From Octopus sinensis (taxonomy: Eukaryota), in assembly GCF_006345805.1 (NCBI RefSeq), contig NC_043008.1:21514001-21578000 (forward strand): DNA of 64,000 nucleotides, given 5' to 3'. The notes beneath the pieces are model-generated. The model ran no database searches. It was not told the DNA's origin and saw only the letters and a program-made list of their open reading frames with translations. Made by a program: the position numbers and the translations under genes. Below, in pieces: positions 12,432 to 23,940 of the stretch (positions are counted from its first letter, which is position 1; every line of letters starts with the position of its first letter).

Positions 12432-12771
12432 GAGTTTCAGTAGAGTTGGTGGTATAAAGTAGTTTTGAGTTTGAAAACTAATGGACGTTTTAGGAAAACG
12501 AGTTGCCAACGAGCATACTGGTCGGTCTCGAAAGTAAGCGATCAAGAATTATCGACAAATATCATCCATGTGACGATTCCGGGCCTTCACTTCTGAAGAG
12601 GGATGTCGGTTGGGTATGCAGATCAATTTCACCGGATCTCATACCTTGAGTGGAGGTAAGAAAACAAGGAACGGACATACCCGCTGCGGAGAGTAAAACT
12701 AGTTCATCTAAACGAAAGAGGAAGTGGCTGCAGCCATGCAGCTTCGGAGAACGCGGTATTTTAGCTGACGT

Positions 12772-13004
12772 AAGGCGGCGAGCTAGCAGAAACGTTAGCA
12801 CGCCGGGCGAAATGCGTAGCCGTATTTCGTCTGCCGTTACGTTCTGAGTTCAAATTCCGCCGAGGTCGACTTTGCCTTTCATCCTTTCGGGGTCGATAAA
12901 TTAAGTACCAGTTACGCACTGGGGTCGATGTAATCGACTTAATCCGTTTGTCTGTCCTTGTTTGTCCCCTCTGTGTTTAGCCCCTTGTGGGTAGTAAAGA
13001 AATA
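12772..13004 (+). mobile_element. Full-length, young family A SINE with 17-bp TSD
   Basis: ggtattttagctgacgt at 12755-12771 and 13005-13021; B-box GAGTTCAAATTCC; central gcctttcatcctttcggggtcgataaattaagtaccag block resembling Meta/Sauria-type SINE central domains (from recall). Confidence 0.96.
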
Positions 13005-13376
13005 GGTATTTTAGCTGACGTCTTCTATAGTTCCACTGTCAAATAATGATGGGAAGGTCCTTAAAGATGTATCAATTTCAGTAATCATATTCTTTTAAAA
13101 AAAACCCCAAAAACAACAGTATAGATGGGGTTCTATTTGGGTTAAGTTTTTGATGAGACCTGGAAAGATATCGATTCTTTTGATGGTATGTGATGCAGGA
13201 GATGAGTTGAAAACAGACATTTCAGAACAGGAATGAGATTATAAATGTAAGGCATATTTGAACACTGCAAGAGTGTTTTGTTGTCTCAGGAATTAAAGAT
13301 AAATATTAGTAATTCATGCTTTGATACTTGTTAAATTTTAAACACTAAACATTTGAGACGATTAACTATATCATTA

Positions 13377-13660
13377 GTGGAGTCACATGGCCTAGTGGTT
13401 AGAGCAGCGGACTCGCGGTCGAGGGATCGCAGGTTCGAATCTCAGATAGGGCGATGTGTGCGTTTATGAGCGAAACACCTAAGCTCCACGCGGCTCCGGC
13501 AGAAGGTAATGGCAAAACTTCTGCTGACTCGTTCGCCACAACTTTCACTCTTTCCTCCTGCATCTTGCAGCTCACCTGCGACGGACGGGCGGAGAACCTA
13601 TACGCCAAGGAAACAGGGAAACCGGCCCTTATGTGCCAGGCTCGGCTCGGGAAGGAACAA
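13377..13660 (+). mobile_element. tRNA-derived SINE (head X + tail Q)
   Basis: A-box TGGCCTAGTGG, B-box GGTTCGAATCT; head shared with 37128 copy, 3' ggaaac.gggaaaccggcccttatg shared with 20334 copy. Confidence 0.85.
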
Positions 13661-14044
13661 AAGCCTTTTACACCTAAATGATGAAACAACAATTACATCA
13701 TTAAGGACGGGCTGCTGTCACATCTAAGAAAAGAATCGTTCTGATAACATAAATTCAGTAGTGTCGGTAAAGCTTTTGCTAGCCATAGAGGGGTGCATTT
13801 TAAGGCTCAACCTGTTGTCTACCACAAGATGACATAAACAGGTGATTGATGAAATAATTTGTAAATTATATGCCCAAGTGTCACGTGAATAAGAAACAAT
13901 TCAAGATGGCAGGTAAATGCATTGTGTAATACAGTGTCCTGCCGAAATATGTTGAATGCATTACTGGTATTAAGCGGCACGGCAGAGGTGCTACGTTCAT
14001 CGATGAGTAAGCAGGCTACGTACAGTTTCACTTTGCACCTACCT

Positions 14045-14510
14045 GACTTCTTTCTTTCTTTCTTTATGCCTTTAACCCTCCAACGCGGAGTGTAGGCCAC
14101 TTATAATTAAATTCTATGTCGCATAATTTTTGGCTCCTGTACTTATAGTCTGCCACAAATGTCCCCCTTTCTCTAGTTCCTTTTGTGTTGATCTCCGCCA
14201 CGAGTTCTTAAGTCTACCTCCCTCTATATCCATCCGGTTTCCACTCTAAAGTACTTTTCGCTACATTTGGTGTGTCTTTTCTAATTGTGCTACCAATCCA
14301 CTTCCACTTTTTCTTAAATATTTGCTCCCTAATCGAAACTTGATTTGTTCTTTGCCATAGTTCCATATGACCTACCTGACTACCCATATAAATTATATTA
14401 CAAGGAACTATTTATCGAGAAATTTCGGGGACAGTCGATATTCATCTTTTGAATTGTATTTACATGATTAGGAGGAAGATTGATTCCATTTTCTTTGAAA
14501 AACTGTACGT
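14045..14510 (-). mobile_element. RTE-type LINE 3' fragment
   Basis: Minus-strand LWQRTNQ...KKKWKWIG.TIRK...ALEWKPDG.RGR.KNSWRRS (RTE C-terminal motif), followed by a short (AAAG)-type tail. Confidence 0.8.
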
Positions 14511-15234
14511 GTTACACGCCATGTGTTCTTTTGACGCACATTTTGAAAGCAGAGAGTTTCTATCCAATAGATATATGTATTTTATATCCGAAATGCTTTA
14601 AATTAGACACATGCAGTGTCTAATGTACAGCTGTCCGAGATGCATAGCACTGTAGATAAATATTACCATAAATATTAGGCTCAAGAAAATTAGTTTTCTA
14701 AATATTACTAAGAAGTGTTGGTCGTAGTGTGAAATGGCCGATAGGTCTACATGAGCCATGATAATCCATGCTGTGAATGAAGTTCCATTAACTTTATGTC
14801 GTGACTGACCAGCCTGGAATACTGGTTTTATTCGCACTGTGAATTTCAAATAATTATAAATTTTATAGAAACATGAAAATGATATATTTGAATCTATAAA
14901 ACTGAAAAGTTTGGAATGTGACAAAGTCCAGGAAGAAGAGTAAGCGTTAATATCTGGATTCGTTGGAACTGTTTGTGCAGAATGCACAAATATATGTATA
15001 TTCTTTGCTACTATCCTCTAATTCTGGCTCTCTCTCTCTCTTTCTTTCTTTCTATATGAATAGAAAGATAGAAATTGCAGTTAAAAGGTTGGCCTAACTA
15101 CACTTTTGTTCAAGGTTCGAGGTTACTTCATAATACTTGAGAAGCAACTTTTTCCATAGCATTTGGTCGTTGGCTAGTGCTTTGTGAATGGAATTTAGTA
15201 AATGGAAATGATACAGAAATCCTTGGTCTATATG

Positions 15235-15321
15235 TACGTATGTATGTATGTATGTATGTATGTATGTATGTATATTTGTATATATGTATGTATGTACGCA
15301 TGTGCATTGTGTATGTAAGTA

Positions 15322-15378
<57 letters not shown>

Positions 15379-15383
15379 CTCAA

Positions 15384-15416
<33 letters not shown>

Positions 15417-15459
15417 GTCTGTCTACCTATCTATCTCTATCTATCTATCTATCTATCTA

Positions 15460-15501
<42 letters not shown>

Positions 15502-15507
15502 CTCAAT

Positions 15508-15573
<66 letters not shown>

Positions 15574-15612
15574 ATAATATAATATAATATAATATAATAT
15601 AATATAATATAC
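15235..15612. repeat. Compound (TATG)n/(TCTA)n/(CT)n/(ATATA)n microsatellite
   Basis: Directly visible. Confidence 0.95.
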
Positions 15613-16698
15613 ATATCCTGCTTTTAACTGGTGTTGCGTTTGAGTTGTGCTCCTTCTTTATGTCTCGTAAATTAGCAGTTTAGTTAACAAATATACGAAA
15701 TAAAAGTGGTTGAAATTTTTTATTGAGTGGTAGCTTGTTTTTTTATGGTTAGTTCGCCGCTCAGGTTTTCGTGCCCTGCTTGCAAACAGGGAACAAAGGA
15801 ATAGGGGTAAAAAAAAATTACAGAAAAGCGTTGTAATTACATCCGTTTCATGATAAGCAAATTGAGACATCGAAAACTCCAGCAGTAAAGCAGAATACCA
15901 AGAAAAACAGCAAAAACAAAGAAAAACAGAAACAATAACAACACGAGTCGCAGCAACAATAGCAACAACAACTACGGCAGCAACATACATAAAAAAAAAA
16001 ACCAAGAGGAAGCAAAAGATCCGCCCAGCATTTTATGTATAAAACTCTAATAGAAAAACAAGAAACTATTAATAAAAGTCAAATGTAAATCTGGTAGAAA
16101 GCAGACGTTCATATATACAAAATATCTGACATGAAGATTACAAGAAAGAAATAAGTAAATAAACACATCATTTCTTTGTCTATAAATTTCTCGAATCAAA
16201 GAGAAATACATTTCTGCTATATTCTCATTCATGTCATTCCGCTTTACTGAACGAGATACGTGTATGTAACACAATACTTACAAGGAACGAAATAAAATAA
16301 AAATATAAAATATGGCGGCTGTAATAATTGTATTTCCTTTATCGCCATCCTGTTATGTTGTTAGAAAGAGCGCAAAACTCACCACCGACATGTTATGTGT
16401 TATATTTGTTTGCATATGTGTTTGTGTATATTTTGACTTATGATATTCCCACAGATTCTACATTATAAAACCCCTGATAACATTGATTGTACGTATGTTT
16501 GATTGTGATTTTGCAAGGCATAATTACTCATTTAGTATTTAGCTTTTCGTTTCCATTTGTGACTTATCTGTAAGCTACAAAGTCTTTTATTTCAATTCTA
16601 TTCAATTCCCAGTCAACATTGAATTGATAGACGGAGAGCTGAAGTAAAATGAGGATAATACAATAGAATACACTATATCTAAAGAGAAATGGATGGGC

Positions 16699-16975
<277 letters not shown>

Positions 16976-17137
16976 AGGTAGTTGACAAAGACAGAATTAG
17001 AATAGAAAAAGAAAATCATATACAAAGAAAGTAGGAATCACGATAAAAATGGTAACTTAATAGATTTCTGTCTAAGAAAACAAAAAGACAAAATAAAAGG
17101 GGAGAAAAATTACAATAAGCGTTCAAAGTGTGTGTGT

Positions 17138-17198
<61 letters not shown>

Positions 17199-17292
17199 GG
17201 GGAAATAAGGCACGTAGATTGAGACAGTTTAAATATAAAAATAAAAAATACAAACGGAAAAGAAAAGTGGTCAGGAGAAAGAAACAGCAATC

Positions 17293-17348
<56 letters not shown>

Positions 17349-17499
17349 AGAGAGTAAAGGAAATGGTTGAAAGTTAAAGGTAAAAACAATAAAATAAATC
17401 CGAAAGAAAATCAAACAAAATTAGTTGTTGAGAGAGAAAAAGAAAAACTGAGACTTAGAAGGAATATTGTTTACAATGCAGCAAAAAAAAAATAAAAAC

Positions 17500-17531
<32 letters not shown>

Positions 17532-18205
17532 CAACAACAGCAACAACAATAATAATAATGATAATAATAATTCAATTGAGAATCTAGTGTAAAAAAGCAA
17601 ATATTCCTTCCTACACAAGAAGACAGAATTCTAAAAGAATTATTAGGAATCCGTCTGGCTGACGTGATCTCTGAGAAATGGTATAATTTCACTTTTAAGT
17701 CTATGCAAATGAAATCTAAAAGATGCAAAAATACGATAAAATAAAACCGACAAAATATAAATAAAAAAAAGACAAGCACGGCGACTACAACTACCCTCTT
17801 CTATTGCCCTATAATATAAACTCACAGAGATTCCGTTGCTGTAACAGGCCCTATAGATTTATACAACAAATAATTCATTTTCTGTTCGATATATACTATC
17901 AGAACGAACGTTGAACAAAATAGAAGAGATATTATTGTCAGTATTCCAAGAGAGAGAGATTTTTCATACCCAACCGCCCTTGCTTCGTTCCATGATGCCA
18001 ATAAAATAATAAACAAATAAACAAAGAAATATAAAAAAAAAAGATAAAGAAATATGTAAATAATGGAAGAAACAAAAATTGGTTTGGCAACTTGTTTAGG
18101 ATTGAGCAATAAATCATTCCGTGTAAAGAATTTTTTTTTTTTGTTTTTGTTCTGTTCAACCCCAGGCCGGCCGGCCCACACCCCTCGTCCGCCGCTCTGC
18201 CGCAG

Positions 18206-18283
18206 TATTGGACAATTCTGAGATTCCCGTTACATTGATTGTGAACTTTGTAAACGATGTGGAAAATATTAAATGGAAACAGG
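18206..18283 (+). CDS. Candidate 78-nt phase1-phase1 exon (LDNSEIPVTLIVNFVNDVENIKWKQ), unknown product
   Basis: Acceptor cccctcgtccgccgctctgccgcag, donor CAGG|gtatga, only one of three frames open; no family recognised. Confidence 0.3.
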
Positions 18284-18489
18284 GTATGAAAGCATGTGGT
18301 GTGTTTGACTTTCTGGCTGACTGCATGTCTGTCCGCCCGTCTGTTTGCCTGTCTGTCTGTCTGTCTGTCCGTTTGTATGTTTGTATGTATTTATGGCTGT
18401 AAGTACGTCTATGTATACAGATGGATAGATGTTTGTATGTATGTACATGCATATCTATTATGTCTGTATCTGTGTGTATTATGTAGTCG

Positions 18490-19020
18490 GCTGTATATGT
18501 ATATCATTGTTCAGTTTTATTTCAAGATTTCTTGCCAATAGAGAAAGAACCGGTTTCTAACCAAGATCCAAGGCTCCTTCATTGGAATTTAAACGTCAAA
18601 AAGAGGGTATTTTTGTTTGTATGTATGTATCTATGTATGCATGTATGTATGTATGTATATGTGCAGATTTGTACGCTTTGTTTTATGTATGTATTCTCAT
18701 GCATTTCGTTGCATATCTAGACATGCTCATATATATTTAAAGGATAAACTTCTGGAAAGTTTTACAGTTTTTCACAGTTCCAGTGATGGATTGTATCTGT
18801 AGTCTTTGAATTAGCTTTCTCTCTTCTGGTTTTAAGAAGCCTAATTTCTCAAGATTGTTATTTAAACAATGTTACATATCCCAGAACCCCAATAATTACA
18901 GGTATAAACCTGAACTTGTAATCTGGAAAGAGTAACTGTAGATTTTTCAGTAGTTCAACATAGGTATTCTCTTTTTCACTGATCTTCAACTTTATGTTAA
19001 CATCCGCTCGGTAGTTAAGG
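18490..19020 (-). mobile_element. 3' fragment of an RLE-type (R4-like) non-LTR retrotransposon embedded in (CATA)n
   Basis: Minus-strand ADVNIKLKISEKENTYVELLKNLQLLFPDYKFRFIPVIIGVLGYV...LEKLG...IQRLQIQSITGTVK.CKTFQKF*, then a 3' UTR with internal CATA run ending gaaataaaactgaac. Confidence 0.82.
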
Positions 19021-19025
19021 TATGC

Positions 19026-19820
19026 ATGTATTCGCTGGAAAAATGTATTTATGTATGTATGCATGTATGTATGTATGTATGTATGTATGTATGTATGTAT
19101 GTATGTATGTATGTATGTATGTATGTATGTATGTATTATGTATGCGTGTGTGTATGCATGTGTATAGATGGCTTAATGTTTTTATGTTTGTATGTATGTA
19201 TGTATGTATATTTGTATATGTTGATGTCTGTACGTATGGCAGAGTATACAGCCATATTTATGGATGAATGGGTGGATGGATAGATCTGAGGATGGATGAG
19301 GATATGTGTATATATGCAAGTATGTGCATATGGACAGATTGGTGTATGTTTGAATGTATTTATGTATAAATAAATTGATAGATAAATTTGAGAGTTGGTG
19401 GATTTGTGGATGTATTTATGTATGATTTATGTATGTATGTATCTATGTATGTATGCATCTATGTATGTCAACTTTCTGTTTTATTTCAAGAGTTATTGCC
19501 AATAAAGAAAGAGATGGTCTCTAACCTAGATCAAAGGCTCTTTGATTGGAATTTCAACAACATCAACAGGGTATTTTTGTACGTATGTATGTATGTATGT
19601 ATGTATGTATGTATGTATGTATGTATGTATGTATGTATGTATGTATGTATGTATGTATGCATGCATGCTTGTATGTATGTATGTATGTATGTATGTATGT
19701 ATGTATGTATGCTTGTATGTATGTATGTATGTATGTATGTATGTATGCATGCTTGTATGTATGTATGTATGTATGTATGTATGTATGTATGTATGTATGT
19801 ATGTATGTATGTATGTATTA
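19026..19820. repeat. Long (TATG)n array, partly degenerate
   Basis: Directly visible; hosts RLE element fragments. Confidence 0.95.
19470..19578 (-). mobile_element. ~110-bp 3'-terminal copy of the (CATA)n-associated RLE element
   Basis: Matches 18492-18612 (ttttatttcaaga...gccaata.agaaaga...tctaacc.agatc.aaggctc.tt.attggaattt.aac...gggtattttt). Confidence 0.85.
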
Positions 19821-20333
19821 TGTATGTTTGATGGGTGGAATGATAGCTGGATAGATTATTTAACCTGTATATGTTATTTTCTTTTGCGGAAATTATAAGG
19901 AACTTTTGTTGAAGTTAAAAACAGCTCTCAAGGTTTGAGAACCTGTGGATCGTTAAGGTGTTCATATAGACCATGCTCATGTCATTTTAGTGCATTACAT
20001 TACATGACTCATTACTGGTGTATTTTTACTGGTTATATTTTTCCGAATTTCAGTGGGAAAAGATCCGTTTTCTAGAAACAAAACTCTTTCGTTAGATGCA
20101 GGTTCTATTCTAGTGTCAGTCCTCGACTGAAGTCCTAGAGCTCCTCAGTTAAAATCGAAATAACTTTCTAATTTTGGCAACGACGACGAAAAAAGTGGTC
20201 GGCGCTAAATTGTGGCGGTTGCTATACCGTACGTGCCATTCGAAAGCTACATATATGCAATAAGGAACATGTCAGTCTAAAAGCACCGGGAGAAATGTGA
20301 CACTCAGGATTTTATAGTCACTATCGGGCACCA

Positions 20334-20578
20334 GCAGGGTTGATTGGATTAGTGGTTAGGATGTTGGACTCATGATCGTAAGATTGTGGTTTCGATTCTC
20401 GGACCAGGCGACGCGTTGTGTTCTTAAGCAAAACACTTCATTTCATGTTGCTCCGGTCCACTCAGCTGGCAAAGCGAACAGTCCTGGGGCGGATTGGCAT
20501 CCTGTCCAAGTGGGGAATACGTACGTATTGGAAACCGAAAAGCCGGCCTTATGAGTCTATATGAATCGGAAAAGAACA
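20334..20578 (+). mobile_element. tRNA-derived SINE (head Y + tail Q), diverged
   Basis: Head matches 34108 copy; tail ggaaaccgaaaagccggccttatgag matches 13377 copy. Confidence 0.75.
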
Positions 20579-20711
20579 CTACATTCTGCGAGGCAACAGA
20601 GTACGACATCAGCAATTTGCCCGTCTAGAAAGCCTTTCGTGTATTAAAATGAAGCTCCTCAAACAACAAAATACCAGTTTCGCGACGCAGATCTTTTATT
20701 GTAACAATACC

Positions 20712-20945
20712 TATTTCTTTATTACCCACAAGGGGCTAAACACAGAGGGGACAAACAAGGACAGACATAGGTATTAAGTCGATTATATCGACCCCAGTGC
20801 GTAACTGGTACTTAATTTATCGACCCCGAAAGGATGAAAGGCAAAGTCGACCTCGGCGGAATTTGAACTCACAACGTAACGCAGACGAAATACCGTAAAG
20901 CATTTCGCCCGGCGTGCTAACGTTTCTGCCAGCTCGCCGCCATAA
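20712..20945 (-). mobile_element. Full-length family A SINE with 16-bp TSD
   Basis: ttattgtaacaatacc at 20696-20711 and 20946-20961. Confidence 0.95.
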
Positions 20946-21232
20946 TTATTGTAACAATACCATATAGCGCATGTCTCAGTACCACCATTTCATATGCATC
21001 TGAGGAAAAAACACCAGCTCAACACCATTCTTCATGTTCCCCTCACGAAGATGTAATAATCCTAAATATAGAAATATAAGATAAAGTGCAAAGTGTTGTT
21101 TTGTTCTCCTTATTTCCGTTTACATTCCAATATTTCAATTTGCATTGCTGTAGGTTTTTGAGCAATTCCAATCTTAATACATAATATGACAGAATTGTTC
21201 CAATGAAACTACGTTATGATTATGTGTTTATA

Positions 21233-21264
<32 letters not shown>

Positions 21265-21284
21265 CATATATATCTAAATATCTA

Positions 21285-21347
<63 letters not shown>

Positions 21348-22468
21348 ATACATAATAAATATATATATATATTTATATATACTTATATATATATACATAC
21401 ATATATATATATATGTGTGTGTGTGTGTGTATGTATATATGTATGTATGTATACAGATAGATATAGGTATACATGCATACATATATGCATATATATGTAT
21501 ATATATGTATATATATATATACGTACATCTATATATATATATATATAATATACATTTATATATATTTATATGTATATTTATGTAAATAGATAGATATAGA
21601 TATACATACATATATTTATGCATATATATATGCAGATTTATGTATATATATATATATATATTTATATACACACATTACGTATATCTATAGATATACATGT
21701 ACATAGATAAGTATATATGTGTGTGTGTGTGTGCGCGTGTGTGTGCATACATAAGTATATATTCAATTTTCATAACACAAGTAGGTACACGTATTCAACA
21801 AACATTCCTCTTCCATTTTACAAAAAATATATTCAGTCTAATATTTAAATCGAAACTCGCTGAATGAAATAAAAAGGGAAAATTTATCTCCTATATGGAC
21901 AGACGCTGAATATATTTTCGTATCTTATTACAGCACACGACATTTCGAAATCTAGTCCTGCGATTTGTATGAGTGTATGTGTCTGAGTGAATAGAATTCT
22001 ATTCCTATTTCGTTTTCGATTTTCCTCTCACTGATTTGGTTATTGTGTAAACCGTTATTGCATTTCCATTGATACATTTCTATATAAATTATTATTTGTC
22101 GTTCGCATAACTTGTAAATATCCCAGCATATGTTCAAAATAATTCGCTGAAAAATAAAAATGAAACATTCAATTTTTTTTCTCCTATGCTGCTTCATAAT
22201 TATTGATAGCATATATTGGACTTTTTCTAGCTTCAGTAATTTCTCAAGTCTCCGTGGCAAGCACTGAAGCAAGCATTAAACGAAACAAACAAGCCTAGTT
22301 CAAGTCTACGTTAAACACATGGCTATTTTCCATTTTCAAAGATTTAGCACGAACTGTAGAAACCTACATCAAGTCTGCTAATTCATCTGGTTTCTTTTAT
22401 GCCAACAATAATGCCGTAGTTGACGTAGTTCCACTTTCTTAAGATGCTATGCAATGGTATCGAACAGA

Positions 22469-22703
22469 AAAGGCGGTGGGCTTGCAGAATCGATAGCGCG
22501 ATGGGCAAAATGCTTAGCGGTATTTCGTCTGCTGTTACGTTCTGAGTTCAAATTCCGCTGAGGTCGATTTTGCCTTTCATCCTTTCGAGGTTGATTAAAT
22601 AGGTACCAGTTACGCACTGGGGTCGATATAATCGATTTAATCCGTTTGTCTGTCATTGTTTGTTCTCTCTGTGTTTAACTCCCTGTGGGTAGTAAAGAAA
22701 TAA
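22469..22703 (+). mobile_element. Full-length family A SINE with 12-bp TSD
   Basis: gtatcgaacaga at 22457-22468 and 22704-22715. Confidence 0.93.
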
Positions 22704-22907
22704 GTATCGAACAGAGAAGCCGGTAGCTTCCAGTTATTGACCTAACGTCTTCCTTTTAAGCGTTTCAAAGACGATGCAAACGACAGTAAACAACCTTTCA
22801 TAGCAAAGACAAATTGGACAAAAGAGAGGTCTTTCGTTTTTTTTTGCTGGTGGTTATGAGCTTTCTGGGAGAGAAGGAAAAATGAAATAGTTCACAATAA
22901 AAATATT

Positions 22908-22970
22908 CTTGTTTGGAAACCGACTCTTCCTCTATTGACAAGAAATCTTGAAATAAAACTGAACATTGAT
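22908..22970 (+). mobile_element. Very short 3'-terminal copy of the (CATA)n-associated RLE element
   Basis: ggaaaccgactcttcctctattgacaagaaatcttgaaataaaactgaacattga followed by degenerate CATA repeats. Confidence 0.75.
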
Positions 22971-23909
22971 ATACATACACAGACGAATACATAATACATA
23001 CACATACAAACATAATATATATGCACGTATATACATACAAGCATCTATCCATCTGTATCCATAGACGTACTTGTTTAAGCGCAAGAACTGAAGCTAGGTG
23101 ATGGATGAGGATTAGTCAATTAAACCAACTCCAATAATTTCTAACATAGGAACTTGGCCCGAAAATTCGAGAAGGGAACAGTCATTTGTAATGACTCCGC
23201 GACTTGACTGATGCCATATGTTTTTTCACTCCGACAGAAAGGGAAATCGCTTTTCACTCCGACAGAAAGGGAAATCGCTTTAGATTGTGTTTTTTAGTGA
23301 AAATCTTCATTCGTGTTCTACACCACTCAGCATCCAACCAGTGTCTCATTTGGGAGGAATGTTGTTATCTCAGACATGTATATGCCATGGAAAGCAGGTA
23401 AAATTCTCCATAAATCCTGCGTCACAAGTTACTAATGTGCTGGTGCTGATGAGTGATTATTATGACGACGTTAGGATGAAAGGCAAAGTTGTTTTCGATG
23501 ACATTTGAATACAGAGAAACAAAACAAAAACGAAGCACAAACTTTAATCATTTTATCCAATACTCAAACGATTCTACCAATTTATGTGAAATTATTTATT
23601 TCATTTGTAAGAGTTTTTGTTTTTTTTCTTTTCATATTAAAACTGATAAAGACATTAATCCACGATATAAAAGACAAGTAAACTTACTTTATCACAATGA
23701 CATGAAGAGATAAACGATCGACGACAACATAGCATGATATTACAGAATTATACAGACAGCATCTAATCAATTATATATGTCTATATCCTAACGCTTTATT
23801 GAAAGAGTAACATTAGCCGTAGTCAAAATTGAATACCCGTCCTCATCATTGAAGATGACGGAATGGTGTAGATACTGGTTACTGGCTCTCGCAGACAACT
23901 AGATGGAGG

Positions 23910-23910
<1 letters not shown>

Positions 23911-23940
<30 letters not shown>

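Noticed and set aside
12599-12655. Possible 57-nt exon with strong donor GAG|gtaaga (GCRLGMQINFTGSHTLSG)
   Set aside because: Weak acceptor and no homology recognised.
8283-14006. Apparent shared motif among minus-strand peptides at 3.3, 8.3 and 13.9 kb (FLLYYSLPATLN / IGRTYFITKLPAN / FGRTLYYTMHLPAILN)
   Set aside because: Similarity is only a few residues, needs different frames, and lacks consistent splice sites; likely coincidence.
13935-14939. Two possible plus-strand exons ending GA|gtaagc (13935-14006 VLPKYVECITGIKRHGRGATFID; 14869-14939 KHENDIFESIKLKSLECDKVQEE)
   Set aside because: Phases are incompatible with each other, the first acceptor is weak, and no family is recognised.
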